Positions 28,511-39,409 of a stretch of DNA of 64,000 nucleotides are shown here, piece by piece (position 1 is the first letter of the stretch; every line of letters starts with the position of its first letter). The stretch comes from Bacillota bacterium. Lineage in GTDB: Bacteria; Sysuimicrobiota; Sysuimicrobiia; Sysuimicrobiales; Segetimicrobiaceae. Location: assembly GCA_021324975.1 (NCBI GenBank), contig JAJPIA010000101.1, positions 81,301 to 145,300 of the forward strand, written 5' to 3'. A program made the position numbers and the translations under genes. The notes below the pieces were generated by a model, which was not told the origin of the DNA, made no database searches, and was given only the letters and a program-made list of their open reading frames with translations.

Positions 28511-31376
28511 TTGACTGAACGTGTAAGTCACGTGGGAGTTGCAGGTTCACAACCGGTTGATCCCCAGGCTCGTTCGGCTCGTGGAGACGGCACGAGCCGA
28601 CGAAGATCGACCCATGTCAGCGGAACCAACGCGGCAGGCGCTCGGCGCGATGTGCTGGTGACAAAGATCCGTACTCCACGGGTTCGCTCCCACCTCGTCC
28701 ACAGGGAGCGATTGCTGGCCAAGCTCGAAGCAGAGCGTGCTCGCCCGCTCACGCTGCTCTGCGCTCCGGCTGGTTTTGGCAAGACCACTCTCCTCGTCGA
28801 CTGGCTGGCCTCGCGGAGGACACCTGACGGTCCTCCAGCCGCGGTAGCATGGCTGTCGTTGGACGAGGGCGACAACGATCCAACCCAATTCCTCCGGTTC
28901 TTGATCGCCGCGCTACGCGCGGCGGACCCACGGATTGGCGCCACCCTCCTCGAAGTCCTCAATACGCCACCCCACCCATCTATCCGGGCGATGCTGACGC
29001 TCTTGGTGAACGATCTCGTCGCTGCCGGCCGGGATATGACGCTCGTGTTCGAAGACTTTCACGTAATCCGCGATCGCGTGATCCACGACGCGGTCGCCTT
29101 CTTGCTCGACAACCCGCCGGCGCTGCTTCACATCGTCATCATGACGCGAGAAGATCCGCCCCTACCCCTGCCACGCCTGCGTGTCGCCGACGCGGTCTGC
29201 GAAGTGCGTGCCGCTGATCTTCGGTTCACCCTGAAGGAGGCGACCGCATTTCTTGAGGAGGTGATGAGGCGTCGGCTGTCACCCCAGGACCTTTCGGCGC
29301 TCGTGACCCGGACGGAGGGTTGGGTGGGCGGTCTGCAGTTGGCCGCGCTGTCGATGCCGAAGCAGGCGGATGAAATCTCTGCGTTCATAGCCGGCCTCGC
29401 GGGGAGTCATCGGTACCTGCTTGAGTATCTCACCGACGAGGTTCTCGCCCGGCAATCGCCTCCCATCGTTACGTTCCTGCTCCGCACTTCGATTCTCGAC
29501 CGGTTGAATGTCGAGTTGTGCGGGGCGGTGCTCGGGGAAGAGAATCTGGACGATACCAGGGCGAAGCTTGACGAAGTCGAACGCCGCAATCTCTTCCTCG
29601 TTCCGCTCGATGACGAACGCCGTTGGTACCGGTACCATCGCCTCTTCGCGGACCTGCTGCGGGCCCGCCTCCGGCAGACAGACCCGGTCTTGTTCGCCGA
29701 CCTCCACAATCGCGCCAGCCGTTGGTACGAGCAGCACGCGGTCTCGGGCGAAGCCATTCAACATTCGTTGACAGCGCAGGACTTCGATCGCGCGGCACAA
29801 ATGGTCCAATCGAGCTCGCTTCGATCGATCGCTCAAGGAGAGGTCCAAATCGTCCTTGACTGGTACCGTCGCCTTCCGGTGCCGCTGGTGGAATCCGATC
29901 CCCGGCTCGGCATTCCCTACGCGTACGCCTTGATGCTGTCCAATCAGCCGGACCTAGCCAAAGCCGAGATGCAGAACGTCGAACGGCACCTGCCGTCCGA
30001 CCCGACCTCCCTGGACGCAAGGGCGGCACGCGGACGGATCGCGTTGCTTCGGGCCATTCAGGCGATTGGGAATGGCCATCTTGATCAGACTGTCGCGCTC
30101 GCTGCCGAAGCCCAGGCGTTGCTTCAGCCGCAAGACGAGGTGGCACGGGCATTCGCGCAACTCGGCATGGCTTATGCCTTTCGGGTGAGCGGGGACGTCG
30201 CGCCTGCCAGCGAGCGCACGCTCGTCGCGGCTACCGAAGAAGCGGGGCGCCTCAACCTCCCGGCGCTGGAACGCGTGGGCCTCAGTCTCCTCGCCCGCCT
30301 GTACATGTGCCAGGGGAAGCTCCGGCGGGCCGAAGTCACCTTTGACCGCGCGGAACGCGTGATCGGTAGGCACGTGCTGATGGGTGCCCCGATTTTCCAT
30401 TTCAGCCGGGGAGAGCTCCTGCGAGAGTGGAACGATCCGCGCGGGGCGGAGACATCGCTCCAACAGGGCATCGACGCGATCTCCGAGCGCAACGGCGTCG
30501 ACGCGTGGGTGGCGATGGAGGGGTATTTCTCATTGGCGCGGCTCCGGCAAGCGCAGGGAGATGGCCCGGGGGCTATGGGCGTGCTGGACGCGTATGCCAG
30601 GCTCGCGCGCCGATTCGACGTTGGCCCCCAAATGCTGGACGTGGCTGCCGCCGCGCGCGCCCGGTTGTGGCTGATGCAGGGCAACCAGACCGCCGCTGCG
30701 CGGTGGGCGGCCGGTGCCGGGCTTAGTTCCGATGACGCCGTGAGCTATGCGCACGAAACGGAGTACAAGGTGCTCGCACGCGTCCTGATCGCCGTGAAAG
30801 ATCCCGCGGCCGCGCCGTTGCTCAACCGTCTCTTGGCCGACGCGGAACGATGCGGGCGCATCGGTGGTGCGATCGAAATCTTGACGCTCCTGAGCTTGGC
30901 TTGGTACGCCCTCGGCGATCGGGCTCGGGCGTTTGCCGCGCTGGACCGAGCCCTGACCCTCGGGGAACCGGAGGGGTACGTGCGCGTCTTCGCGGACGAG
31001 GGCGCCCCCATGGCCTCGCTGCTCCGCCGCGCCCGGCTCCATGGCATCGCGCCCGAATACACCGCCCGCTTGCTGGCCGTGATTGAGGGCGGTCGGGGCG
31101 GGCCCATTGCGTCGCGTGCGGTCTCCGAGAGCGCCCCGCCGTCTATCGCTCCGCGTTCCCCGGCCGCGTCCGCCCTCGTCGAGCCGCTCACGGAGCGGGA
31201 GCGCGAGGTCCTCCGGCTGGCCATCTCGGGCGCCTCAAACCAGGAAATCGCTCGCCCGCTCGCTCACCATCACAATCGGCACCGTCAAACGGCACATGCA
31301 CCACATCTTGGGGAAGTTCGGGGTGCAAAACCGTACTCAGGCCATCCTCCGCGCCCAGGCCCTCAATCTCGACTGA
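28511..31376 (+). pseudogene. MalT-like STAND/LuxR regulator, frameshifted in the C-terminal HTH; start uncertain
   Basis: APAGFGKTT, WLSLDEGDNDP, RTEGW.GGLQL, WYRYH.LFA; LTEREREVL..SNQEIA in one frame, TITIGTVKRH..NRTQA in the next. Confidence 0.85.
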
Positions 31377-31384
31377 GATTATCC

Positions 31385-31690
31385 GGCCTGCTTCCTCATG
31401 CTCATCGCGTTTCTGCCGTTCGCCACCCGCCTCGTCGGCGCGTATCCTCATCGCCCGACGGCGCTGATGGCCTACGGGCTGACCGCATTGGCAACGCTGC
31501 TCGTGCTCTCCGCGCAGTGGTATTATGCGGTCGGGCGCGCGGGCCTGGTCGCGTCGAACGTGGACGCCGAACTCGTCCGCTACGGGAAACTGAAGCTGTT
31601 GCTGCCCACCGTCATTTGTGCGCTCTCCATTGCCACGGCGCCCGCGGCCCCACCGCTCAGTCTTCTCCTGCTCGTCCTCATGCCGGTTGA
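31385..31690 (+). pseudogene. C-terminal fragment of a TMEM175-family membrane protein
   Basis: FLMLIAFLPFAT.LVG.Y...YG; no N-terminal half. Confidence 0.6.
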
Positions 31691-31707
31691 TCTCCGGCGC
31701 GCTTCGC

Positions 31708-32184
31708 CTACCACGGTGCTTCCCGCCTGCCGACAACCCGCGACAACTGAAATCCAACCCAGGCGCCCGCGGCGATCGCCAGGGTCGTCGTGAAGACCAT
31801 ACTGAGCTTCAGCACAAGGTCGAGCGGAACGGTGACAGCCGCGCCGCCCGTCACGGACCCAACTCGAAGAAAGTCTCCGATCGCGGCGAAGAACGATCCG
31901 GCGGCGCCAAGCGGGAGGAGACCGCTCACCATGACCACGGGCGGGACAGTGGACCGGCGCACGAGGACGACCGCAAGGATCACGGTCAGGGCGGCGGCGG
32001 CCGCGACGGCCGGGGCCTGAGCCACACCCCATCCCATCAGCACATCGCGCGCCACGCGGTCGAGAAAACCGCAGCAGAAGCTGGGAATCAGCGCGTAATA
32101 CGGTGCCGAAAAGACCGCGGCCATGGCGAGCGAGAAGAGCCCGGCCCATAGGCCGTCCGCGAGATTCGCCGGGAGATTCATCAT
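31708..32184 (-). CDS. Threonine/serine exporter family, C-terminal-type subunit
   Basis: AVFSAP...G; P.V.VSGLLPL; TLAIAAG. Confidence 0.75.
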   Translation of the reverse strand: MMNLPANLADGLWAGLFSLAMAAVFSAPYYALIPSFCCGFLDRVARDVLMGWGVAQAPAVAAAAALTVILAVVLVRRSTVPPVVMVSGLLPLGAAGSFFAAIGDFLRVGSVTGGAAVTVPLDLVLKLSMVFTTTLAIAAGAWVGFQLSRVVGRREAPW

Positions 32185-32201
32185 CCGACGGCGTTCGGCC
32201 C

Positions 32202-32936
32202 TTATAAGACGGCATCCGCGATCGCCACGGCGACCGCCATGATCAGGAATACGGAGACGGCATCCAGCAGCCGCTGAATCCCCACCAGGAGATATCCGTC
32301 CGATACCGCATCGATGAAGCCGTTGATCAGCGCGAGCCCCGGGATCATGTAGACGACCGAACCGAGCAACGTCGCCGACACCGCGTGACTGAGCCCCAGC
32401 CGCAATCCCGCGGTGCCGATCAAGGCCGAAATCAGCGCGCACACCGCCGTCAACGGTGTCCGCGGCACGCTCCGCGCCTCCAGCAGGATCCGAACGAACT
32501 GCCCGGCGCCCGCGGCGAGGGAGGTGACGCCGAACGCCCCCCAATCGCCCCCGGCGATGCGGGAAAAGAAGGCCCCGGCACACGCCGCGAACAACGCGGA
32601 TACTCCGAGATTATAGGGCGAGACGCGGGTCTTGATTCGCTCGATGGCCCCGGCAACGTGGGCGCCGTCCATGTCGGCGTTCACCAGCCGTTCGCCGAGT
32701 TCGACGGCCTCGGCAGCTCGAGCCAGCTGCACCCCAAGTACACCGGCAGGCTGCACGGCCACAGCCGGACCGGCCGCAATGGCGAAATCTGACCGCCAAA
32801 TTGTCGACGTATCTGTGGCGCCGCGCCGCCCCAGCGCATTGCGAAAGGTGCGTTCCGCCGCTGCCGTGGAGCCGCCGTTTCGCATGACCAACAATGCCAG
32901 AGCCAGCGCCAGGTCAAGTCGTTGTGCGCCGGACAT
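32202..32936 (-). CDS. Threonine/serine exporter family (ThrE), N-terminal-type subunit
   Basis: LMRNGG-like start; F...AGGDW; IPGLALING..D. Confidence 0.8.
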   Translation of the reverse strand: MSGAQRLDLALALALLVMRNGGSTAAAERTFRNALGRRGATDTSTIWRSDFAIAAGPAVAVQPAGVLGVQLARAAEAVELGERLVNADMDGAHVAGAIERIKTRVSPYNLGVSALFAACAGAFFSRIAGGDWGAFGVTSLAAGAGQFVRILLEARSVPRTPLTAVCALISALIGTAGLRLGLSHAVSATLLGSVVYMIPGLALINGFIDAVSDGYLLVGIQRLLDAVSVFLIMAVAVAIADAVL

Positions 32937-33351
32937 CTCGCTGCCGTGCCGGTCGCCGGCGTCGTGTGTCCTCACTCGACCATCCAGGCCGGGTGCTGCC
33001 AAAACCTTTGTGCCCTCATCCCGATCACCTCGGCGGCCACCCCCGCGGTTCACGCCAGGAAGTGCGGAGACTGCCTCGAGCAACGCTCCCTGACCCCTTC
33101 GGCACCTTGACGAGGGCCGTCGCCCGGAATCGCCCCCCGGCGGGTCGCCAGGTCGCAGACTCCCGTTGCTATAGACACTACCGCGGCCTCGAGGAGAAGT
33201 CGACTACCCAAAGTAGCATAGCAGGTTGAGTTTCCGCGGAGAGCCAAAGAGCACCTCGGCGAGGGCGACCGGCGGATGGCGCTGTGTGCAACCTAATGAG
33301 CCAAATACGACGTCCGCCCGATTGCCTGACACATCCGCGCGGCAGGGGGCA

Positions 33352-34107
33352 ATGTCCGCGGTGAAAGCGCGAGGAATTAATGTGCTAATGCTAGTGGTTG
33401 CGACGCTCATAGGACTTCTCGCCGGGGTAATCAACAGGTCGGCGTTCGGAGAGTCGACTGCGGCTAATCCTGCAATTCTGGAGGTCGTCACCATCGACGG
33501 GAATAACCGGAGCACGTCATCGGGCACGGGCTGGTTCCTCGAAGCGAATGGCGTAGCCGTCACGAGCAGCACAACTGTCAATCGCGCCGTAAGCGCCGGC
33601 GATCGGCTCCTGACTATCATCGGCAATGAGTTTTACGCAGCCGATCTCGTATGCAGCACCCGGGTGGTCGACACGCAAGGAACAGTTACACCTCGTGCCG
33701 ACATCGCGGAGATCAAGCTTCGTCCCTCGGACTTCCCATTCCAGCGCTTGAGCGGCACAACAGGCACGTATACAGCGCACACAGGCCCGCTCCCGGCATT
33801 TCAGACTCTATCCATGGCGCAGGGATCGATTGATGTGGGACAACCTGTCATGATGGTAAACAGTGGAACTTCGTTGGGAAGCCAGGTACAGGTGCCCGGC
33901 GTCGTGAACAGCCTCGGCACGGCGTTCGACGGCACCAGGCTATTTGGAATCCGGTTTTCGGGTGACGCGCCAAACTCGGGAGCTAGCGGCGCACCGGTTC
34001 TCAATAACAGCGGTCAGGTTGCAGGAGTGTTCGCGTGGGAAGATCCCAAGACCCATCTTGGCTATGCGCAGACGGTCGACGTACTTAAGCGTTGCAGCGG
34101 GCCCTGA
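33352..34107 (+). CDS. Exported trypsin-like domain protein, catalytic His apparently absent
   Basis: GTGWF, VTSSTTV, ADIA, GASGAPVLN..GQV.GV. Confidence 0.75.
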   Translation: MSAVKARGINVLMLVVATLIGLLAGVINRSAFGESTAANPAILEVVTIDGNNRSTSSGTGWFLEANGVAVTSSTTVNRAVSAGDRLLTIIGNEFYAADLVCSTRVVDTQGTVTPRADIAEIKLRPSDFPFQRLSGTTGTYTAHTGPLPAFQTLSMAQGSIDVGQPVMMVNSGTSLGSQVQVPGVVNSLGTAFDGTRLFGIRFSGDAPNSGASGAPVLNNSGQVAGVFAWEDPKTHLGYAQTVDVLKRCSGP

Positions 34108-34224
34108 GCGCGCGCCATCGAGGTATGCCACCCCTCTTGGCAGGCGACCGAAATCGCCGATTGCCCCTAACGATCGAGCGGGCGAGCGTACCCGGCCAGC
34201 TGCGGTGACCCACATGATTCACAT

Positions 34225-34416
34225 TCACCCACCTATCCCCTTCGCGGCGCTACCAGTAAGAATCTGCCACAAGCCGGCGACGATGCCGCAAGCCCCGATG
34301 ACAATGGCAACTAGCCCAAGGTAGCCGATGAGACCGATGAAAAAGTGAAGTGCCACAAGGCCAAGCGCCGCAAACACCACGCCTGCATACAGGAACTCCA
34401 ACCCTTGGGTACGCAT
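34225..34416 (-). CDS. Small two-TM hypothetical protein
   Basis: Hydrophobic 63-aa ORF with purine-rich RBS. Confidence 0.45.
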   Translation of the reverse strand: MRTQGLEFLYAGVVFAALGLVALHFFIGLIGYLGLVAIVIGACGIVAGLWQILTGSAAKGIGG

Positions 34417-34612
34417 CCGCCTTTTCCCCGCTTGGTTCGGTTCCGGGCTACTCACCGCGTCCCCCTTCGTTACCGGCGACCCGACAAGACGAAGTCTGGT
34501 GCCTCTATTCGCTACTCTGTGCGGCCCCACCGCTGGCCTCGCGACTGATGGCTTGGGCTTGACCCCGCAGGCGGCGGATCTCCGTGACCGTGCCAGTGAA
34601 GATTGCGGGCGG

Positions 34613-34825
34613 CTAATCGGGAAAGAGGTACATGCCGACGACAACGGCCGTGCCAATTAGCGCAATCAGGATGGGATTGCTGACGAAGTACGGAAACACC
34701 GTAAGGATGCCTCCACCAACGGTGGTGCCGATCCGCCCTGTCCTCCGGCCATAAATGAGCGCGCCCATTCCGACGAGGCTGAACAGAGCTCCGAGAATTA
34801 GGGTCGCCGGACTGATATTGAACAT
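34613..34825 (-). CDS. Small membrane protein
   Basis: LFS.VG...IYGRR...G.L.VFPYFVSN pattern. Confidence 0.65.
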   Translation of the reverse strand: MFNISPATLILGALFSLVGMGALIYGRRTGRIGTTVGGGILTVFPYFVSNPILIALIGTAVVVGMYLFPD

Positions 34826-35019
34826 CCTGATCGGGTCATGCCCGCCCGAGCGCAGAACTAGACCGGACTAGTCCACCTCGACCGCGAGCCTTGGCTTCAC
34901 CCAATGCGGCGGCAGGTCCGTCCGTAGCTCGCCCCACTGATCACGAAGCGTCGGGATGGCGTGAACGGACACGCCTCTGTTTCGTTGGCCTTCAACTCCT
35001 CCAGCATCACCTTGCGCGT

Positions 35020-35096
35020 ATTTCGAAAATCCGTTCGGCCGAAAGTGTTACCCATGTCTTAGGTACGAAGTGTCACCTATGTCTCCGGGTTGGACC
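35020..35096 (+). mobile_element. Right-end remnant of an IS481-like element
   Basis: Direct repeat AAGTGTTACCCATGTC / AAGTGTCACCTATGTC; ENPFG/KVLPMS* resembles an IS481 transposase C-terminus. Confidence 0.6.
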
Positions 35097-35103
35097 CCCC
35101 TTA

Positions 35104-35156
35104 CTGTGGCGGGCCGCGAGGGACTCGAACCCCCGACGCCCGGGTTAAAAGCTCGG
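35104..35156 (-). repeat. att site: duplicated 3' half of tRNA-Lys
   Basis: 53-bp direct repeat of 54427-54479 with 3 mismatches. Confidence 0.92.
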
Positions 35157-35216
35157 TCGATCGGCCCTCCAGCCATTATTTTGCAAGGCTTTGCGCACGC
35201 GACCCACCGTCGGAAT

Positions 35217-35237
35217 CGGTAGCAGGCCGGTAGCAGA
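35217..35237. repeat. Putative integrase arm-type sites (left)
   Basis: CGGTAGCAGGC-CGGTAGCAGA; matches 54379-54399. Confidence 0.7.
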
Positions 35238-35263
35238 TTCTTGGGCGGTGAACGTAGAGTTGT

Positions 35264-36125
35264 TCAACGGCCGTCCCCTTCCTGCGTACCAGAGACCGGG
35301 GTCCGCCGATCGGGAGCCAACCCGCTGAGCATCGCCGACACCGCCTGGGCGGCCACCGCTTGCATGCCCTGCAGCACGTGGGCATAGGTCGAAAGCGTGA
35401 ACGCCGGCGTCGAGTGGCCGAGGCGCTCTGGGACCACGCGAACGTTGACGCCACGCTGGAGCAGGTGCGTGGCGTGCGCATGGCGCAAGTTGTGGAGCGC
35501 CCGACGAGAGGAAAGCCCCAGCCTCTTGCAGAGACGCTTCAGGTCGCGCTGGCGAATGTTGCTCGCGTGGAGCGGCTTGCCGTCGGGCTGCGTGAAGACA
35601 AGCCCCGTCTCGTGCCGCCCTTGGCAGGCTTGGTCGGTACAGGACGGCCCATGCTCACACGGGGGACGACGGCGGCGCTCCTCGTCCTGGTGGCTGCGCT
35701 GGTCACGCAGTACCTCGACAATCTCAGGCGGGAGTGCGATGGCGCGCCGAGAGCGGAGGCTCTTGGGGTCCCGCAGGACATAGCCGCCGCCCCTGGGGCG
35801 CTGAAGCGCCTGGTCGATGTACGCGGTCGCTTCCCGAAGGTCGAGATCCTCCCACGCAAGGCCGAGCGTCTCGCCGACGCGAGCGCCGGTCCCGGCGATG
35901 AACAGATAGATCGGGTAGTAGGCGCTCGACGTGTGAGCCTCGCTCAGGAACAGGTTTACCTGTGATTCGGTCCACACGTCCAGCGTCACACGCGCCCGCT
36001 TCGGCGCCTGAGCCGCGGCGGCAGGATTCTGGACGATAAGGTCCTGCCACACGGCATCGCGGAGCGCTTTGTGGAGCAGGCGGCGGTGATGGTTGACCGT
36101 CGTTGGTCCGAGGCCGGCAGCACCC
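35264..36125 (-). pseudogene. Tyrosine integrase, N-terminally truncated
   Basis: TGARVGETLGL.W, PKS, HNLRHAHAT, LGHS....TLSTYAH. Confidence 0.9.
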
Positions 36126-36491
36126 TCTTGCACACTGCCTTACGCCACTCCCAGACTGCGGGCGATGGAACGCATGCTCAGTCCCTGCGACCAGTGAAGC
36201 TGAAGAATGCTCTTGATCTGCCGCATCGCAAGCCTCCGGTTGGCCACGCCCGTTCTCCTCTCGCGCCGTTTGGCGGCGGAAGTTGGGAGGACGCGCGCAC
36301 GACTCCTGGACGGTGGTCAGCTCCCCGTCCGGCGCCCCGGCGGCCCCGGGTGATCGGGATTTATCAGAATGGGTGATCGGGACTTTCCAGAACGACTGAT
36401 CAGGAATTACCAGAACGCGTGATCACTTTCAGACCAGAATCGGTGATCGGGATTTTCCAGAACGGGTGATCAGATTGGGGCAGAATCCGCA
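36126..36491 (-). mobile_element. IS21-family left end with istA 5' remnant
   Basis: Terminal TGCG at 36491; GTG at 36247 gives MANRRLAMRQIKSILQLHWSQGLSMRSIARSLGVA*. Confidence 0.82.
36350..36491. repeat. Six ~23-bp imperfect tandem repeats (IS21 terminal transposase-binding array)
   Basis: Unit GTGATC-N-CAGAA, for example GTGATCGGGATTTTCCAGAACGG. Confidence 0.85.
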
Positions 36492-36759
36492 CCGAAGTCT
36501 AGCACGCGTTGCGCCGCCGCCGCAGAGAATCGAGGCCACGAACGGGCCGTGACATTTCGTGTGGAAGCTACCGCTCCTCAGCTGCCCGAAGTGAAAGGCT
36601 CCCGAATTGGTACAGTGGACATGCCCTCCCCAGGCGCAGGGAGCCCCCAATTGTCCGTCATAGTGCGACAGAAACTGTAGTGCGTGTATTGTGCGGATGA
36701 AATCCCGCGCCTAATACCTCGGCCCCCACCATGCCGCGAAGACGTGGTTTTTCTCCCTA

Positions 36760-37060
36760 ACGTCGTCCTATCCCAACACACGAAGAGCGCCGGAAATCGC
36801 CCAGCCGGATCACTCGTGTTGAACCACGGTGAACTGCTAAGCACGTCGAGGAGCGCGGTCAGGCTCCGGTCGGCCAGCTCCCGACCACCATCGTGCCCAT
36901 CATGTTCGTCGTTCCACCCCACAAACACGAGGCACGTCGGCGGCGGGGGTCCCTGAAGGTCAGCGACAAACGTCTTGAGCACGAACGCCCCCCCGCGCCC
37001 GGGGGGCGCATGCAGGTCAACGAACGGATTGTGCCTCTGGGCGATCACACTCTCCAGATG
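36760..37060 (-). pseudogene. Degenerate fragment of a phosphoesterase/acid-phosphatase family gene
   Basis: RHNPFV, N.EHDGHDG...AD..L, LFVCWD. Confidence 0.55.
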
Positions 37061-37197
37061 ATAGACGTACACGGGGAGCGGTGGACGGGCTGCCGCACCT
37101 TCAGTCGCCACGGAGGGATGGAAGGTCTGAGCACAAAGACGCGCGCCCCCGTTTTCAGCCGGGGGCGCGGTGGAACGCGGGCCAGGGAAACCGCGGT

Positions 37198-37548
37198 CTA
37201 ATGGCTGGGCTCAGTTCGCGGCAGGCCTTTGAAGGCGAGCCACGCACTGAGCACCAGGACGATGATCCCACCAATCAAGGATGAGTACATGTCCGCGGCT
37301 CGGTTCGCAAACGACACGAACCACGGAGCCACGATGAACCAGATGCCAACGAGCCCGTTCACGTATTGGATCCATGTTTGTCGACGTGCGGCTTCGTTGA
37401 GTGCTGCAGCACCAGCCAAAACGAGCAGGATTGCACCCCCAACGATACTGGTCCACATCTCGCTCGCATTGGCCACGAACCCGAGGCTGAACGGTGCGAT
37501 GATGAACCAAATACCAATCAATGCGTTCACGACGTTTTGCCAAAGCAT
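37198..37548 (-). CDS. SPW-repeat membrane protein
   Basis: Two repeats: W...VNALIGIWFIIAPF / W..YVNGLVGIWFIVAPW. Confidence 0.85.
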   Translation of the reverse strand: MLWQNVVNALIGIWFIIAPFSLGFVANASEMWTSIVGGAILLVLAGAAALNEAARRQTWIQYVNGLVGIWFIVAPWFVSFANRAADMYSSLIGGIIVLVLSAWLAFKGLPRTEPSH

Positions 37549-37756
37549 GGACGCTCACCTCTTTCGTAATCGCGGTCTCCCTCGGCCCCGTTCCAGCATT
37601 CCAGATTCAGATATCCGGACACCATTCTTGACAGGATGGCACGGCGACCCCATCTTACCGTCTTCGGGGCACCCTATGTCCGTGATTGTCAGTCGCTCAT
37701 GCGCTGTCCGCCTCTTGTAATGCCTTATTCACCGAGAAGAAATGTCGAAAGGCGCT

Positions 37757-37984
37757 TCAGGCCTCGTGACGGAGCGGTGCGCGATCCACTCCGACCTCCA
37801 CGTGCACCCTGCCGGCGGCAATCTCCTCGAGCGCCACCGTGACCGGGTTAGCGCTGACCACATCCACCATCGGGAGCGCGCCTTCCTTCAACTGCTGCAT
37901 CCGCTTCACCACGCCGATGATCAACGCGTACTTGTTGTCAACCCGCGCGAGCAGAGCTTCGAGTGTTGGCCTCGTCAACGCCAT
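37757..37984 (-). CDS. rpoZ: RNA polymerase omega subunit homolog
   Basis: P.LE.LL.RVDNKY.L...V.KR..QL..G..P.V......PVTVALEEIAAG. Confidence 0.88.
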   Translation of the reverse strand: MALTRPTLEALLARVDNKYALIIGVVKRMQQLKEGALPMVDVVSANPVTVALEEIAAGRVHVEVGVDRAPLRHEA

Positions 37985-37996
37985 GCCCAGTCCCCT

Positions 37997-38224
37997 TTAG
38001 CCCTCCACGGCATTACGGCATTCAACCACCCTCAGATGCGGTCGAGTTGGACACGGCGCCTGCCGGAGCGCCTCGAGATCGCTACGCGCGTGATCCGCGG
38101 CAGCTCGGTGAACGGCCGACGCGCGCTCGATCGCCCGCAACCGATCCTCATGGTAGCTGATCTGCGCAACGAGCTGATCTTCCCTCATCCGACACTGGAG
38201 AGTGCGGACCCGGTCCATGACATC
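37997..38224 (-). CDS. Small coiled-coil-like hypothetical protein
   Basis: RBS GAGGAGGTG; lies between the STAS gene and rpoZ. Confidence 0.55.
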   Translation of the reverse strand, partial: DVMDRVRTLQCRMREDQLVAQISYHEDRLRAIERASAVHRAAADHARSDLEALRQAPCPTRPHLRVVECRNAVEG

Positions 38225-38243
38225 ATCACCTCCTCGCGCGAGA

Positions 38244-38645
38244 CTATGAGCCGAACGCGAGTAGACTCGGCCAATCCGTTGGTTGTTCGCTCGCCGCGGC
38301 CGATTGCACTTTTTGCAGGGCCTCATCGACCGAAGGGAAAATGTCGAACAGCTTTTGGAGCGCGAGCACCGAGAAAATGCGGTGCATCGACGCGTTGGCG
38401 ATCACGAACCCTAGGCGCACGTCGTGCTGCTTCGACCGTTCGTGGACTCGTATCAGTATGTTGAGGCCGGTGCTGTCGATGTACGTTGCCTTCGTCAGGT
38501 CCACTACGACGGCGCGACCATTGCCGATCGCCTCTTCCAGCAGCTCCTGGAGCACATGGGCGGTACAGAGGTCAATCTCTCCAGACGCGCGCACAATATT
38601 CACGCCGTCCTGTTGAGCATACTCGTACTGCGGCGCCTCGCGCAT
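38244..38645 (-). CDS. STAS-domain anti-sigma factor antagonist (RsbV/SpoIIAA-like)
   Basis: GEIDL, VVVDLTKATYIDSTGL. Confidence 0.9.
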   Translation of the reverse strand: MREAPQYEYAQQDGVNIVRASGEIDLCTAHVLQELLEEAIGNGRAVVVDLTKATYIDSTGLNILIRVHERSKQHDVRLGFVIANASMHRIFSVLALQKLFDIFPSVDEALQKVQSAAASEQPTDWPSLLAFGS

Positions 38646-38849
38646 TCCCCGGGGTCCGTGAGAGACCGCACCTGTTCTCATCACCGTCCTCCTGCCTGTT
38701 AGACTTCTGACATAACGCTACACACAACACGCGTCCACACGCCGCTGATCAGACGTGGCTCGGTCGTAGCGGCCGGGAGCTGGCGCTTCCCCGTTTGTGA
38801 TTCTCCTCGACCTGCACTGACCTCGCCCCCAACCCTAGACCCCTTCCCC

Positions 38850-39409
38850 GAGCGTGTTGCGCCTGGGAGTCCAGGCCGGAACCGTAAGATGCTGCCGCAA
38901 GATCACCTGCACGCCAAGTCCACTTCTCACGTATGCGCTCTACCGCCCCACCGCGCGTCAGCAGCACCCCGCGCAGCAAGTCAGGATTGCCAATCGCGAG
39001 GATGTGAACTGGCCTCCCGATCGGCCGGCCATCAACGACGACTGACTCGTCCTCCGACATGATTGTGCTCTCCGTCATCAACCGTGCTCCGTTGACCGCG
39101 ATCGCTCGGGCGCCACCGTACCACAGCGTCATCTCCAAGAGCAGGTCGCCAGCGTGGACGTGGGCGAGTGCGGGACTGGCATTCACCGAGATCGGCTGGG
39201 TCGCGTCGGACACTACGATCTCCACGCCGGGTCCGGATTCCGGCGCCCGATCGGCGAAAGCAGGCCAGCCGCGCGGCCGCCCGATGCTCGCGCCCGGTGA
39301 TGAAGGTCGCGACCCCTGCCGCCATCCATCCGGCCGCTGCAAGCAGGATCCAGACCGCCACCGAGGCCGCTTTGGGACGACTCGGACGCACAGGTGCGCT
39401 CGCCGTCAT
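38850..39409 (-). pseudogene. DUF881-like protein, frameshifted
   Basis: ATGA overlap with the GT4 stop; TM N-terminus, then another frame GPGV.I.VSD..VH..DL..LW.GGA.AIAVNG.RL...I.AIGNP. Confidence 0.72.

Noticed and set aside
31377-31690. Novel C-terminal domain on the 1090-aa MalT-like ORF
   Set aside because: Out-of-frame read-through caused by the HTH frameshift
35104-35156. Second tRNA gene
   Set aside because: Only the 3' half is present, with no D arm or 5' acceptor strand; it is an att copy
36350-36491. Regular repeats resembling a CRISPR array
   Set aside because: Units are ~23 bp and contiguous without unique spacers, there are no cas genes, and they end in an IS-type terminus beside an istA remnant
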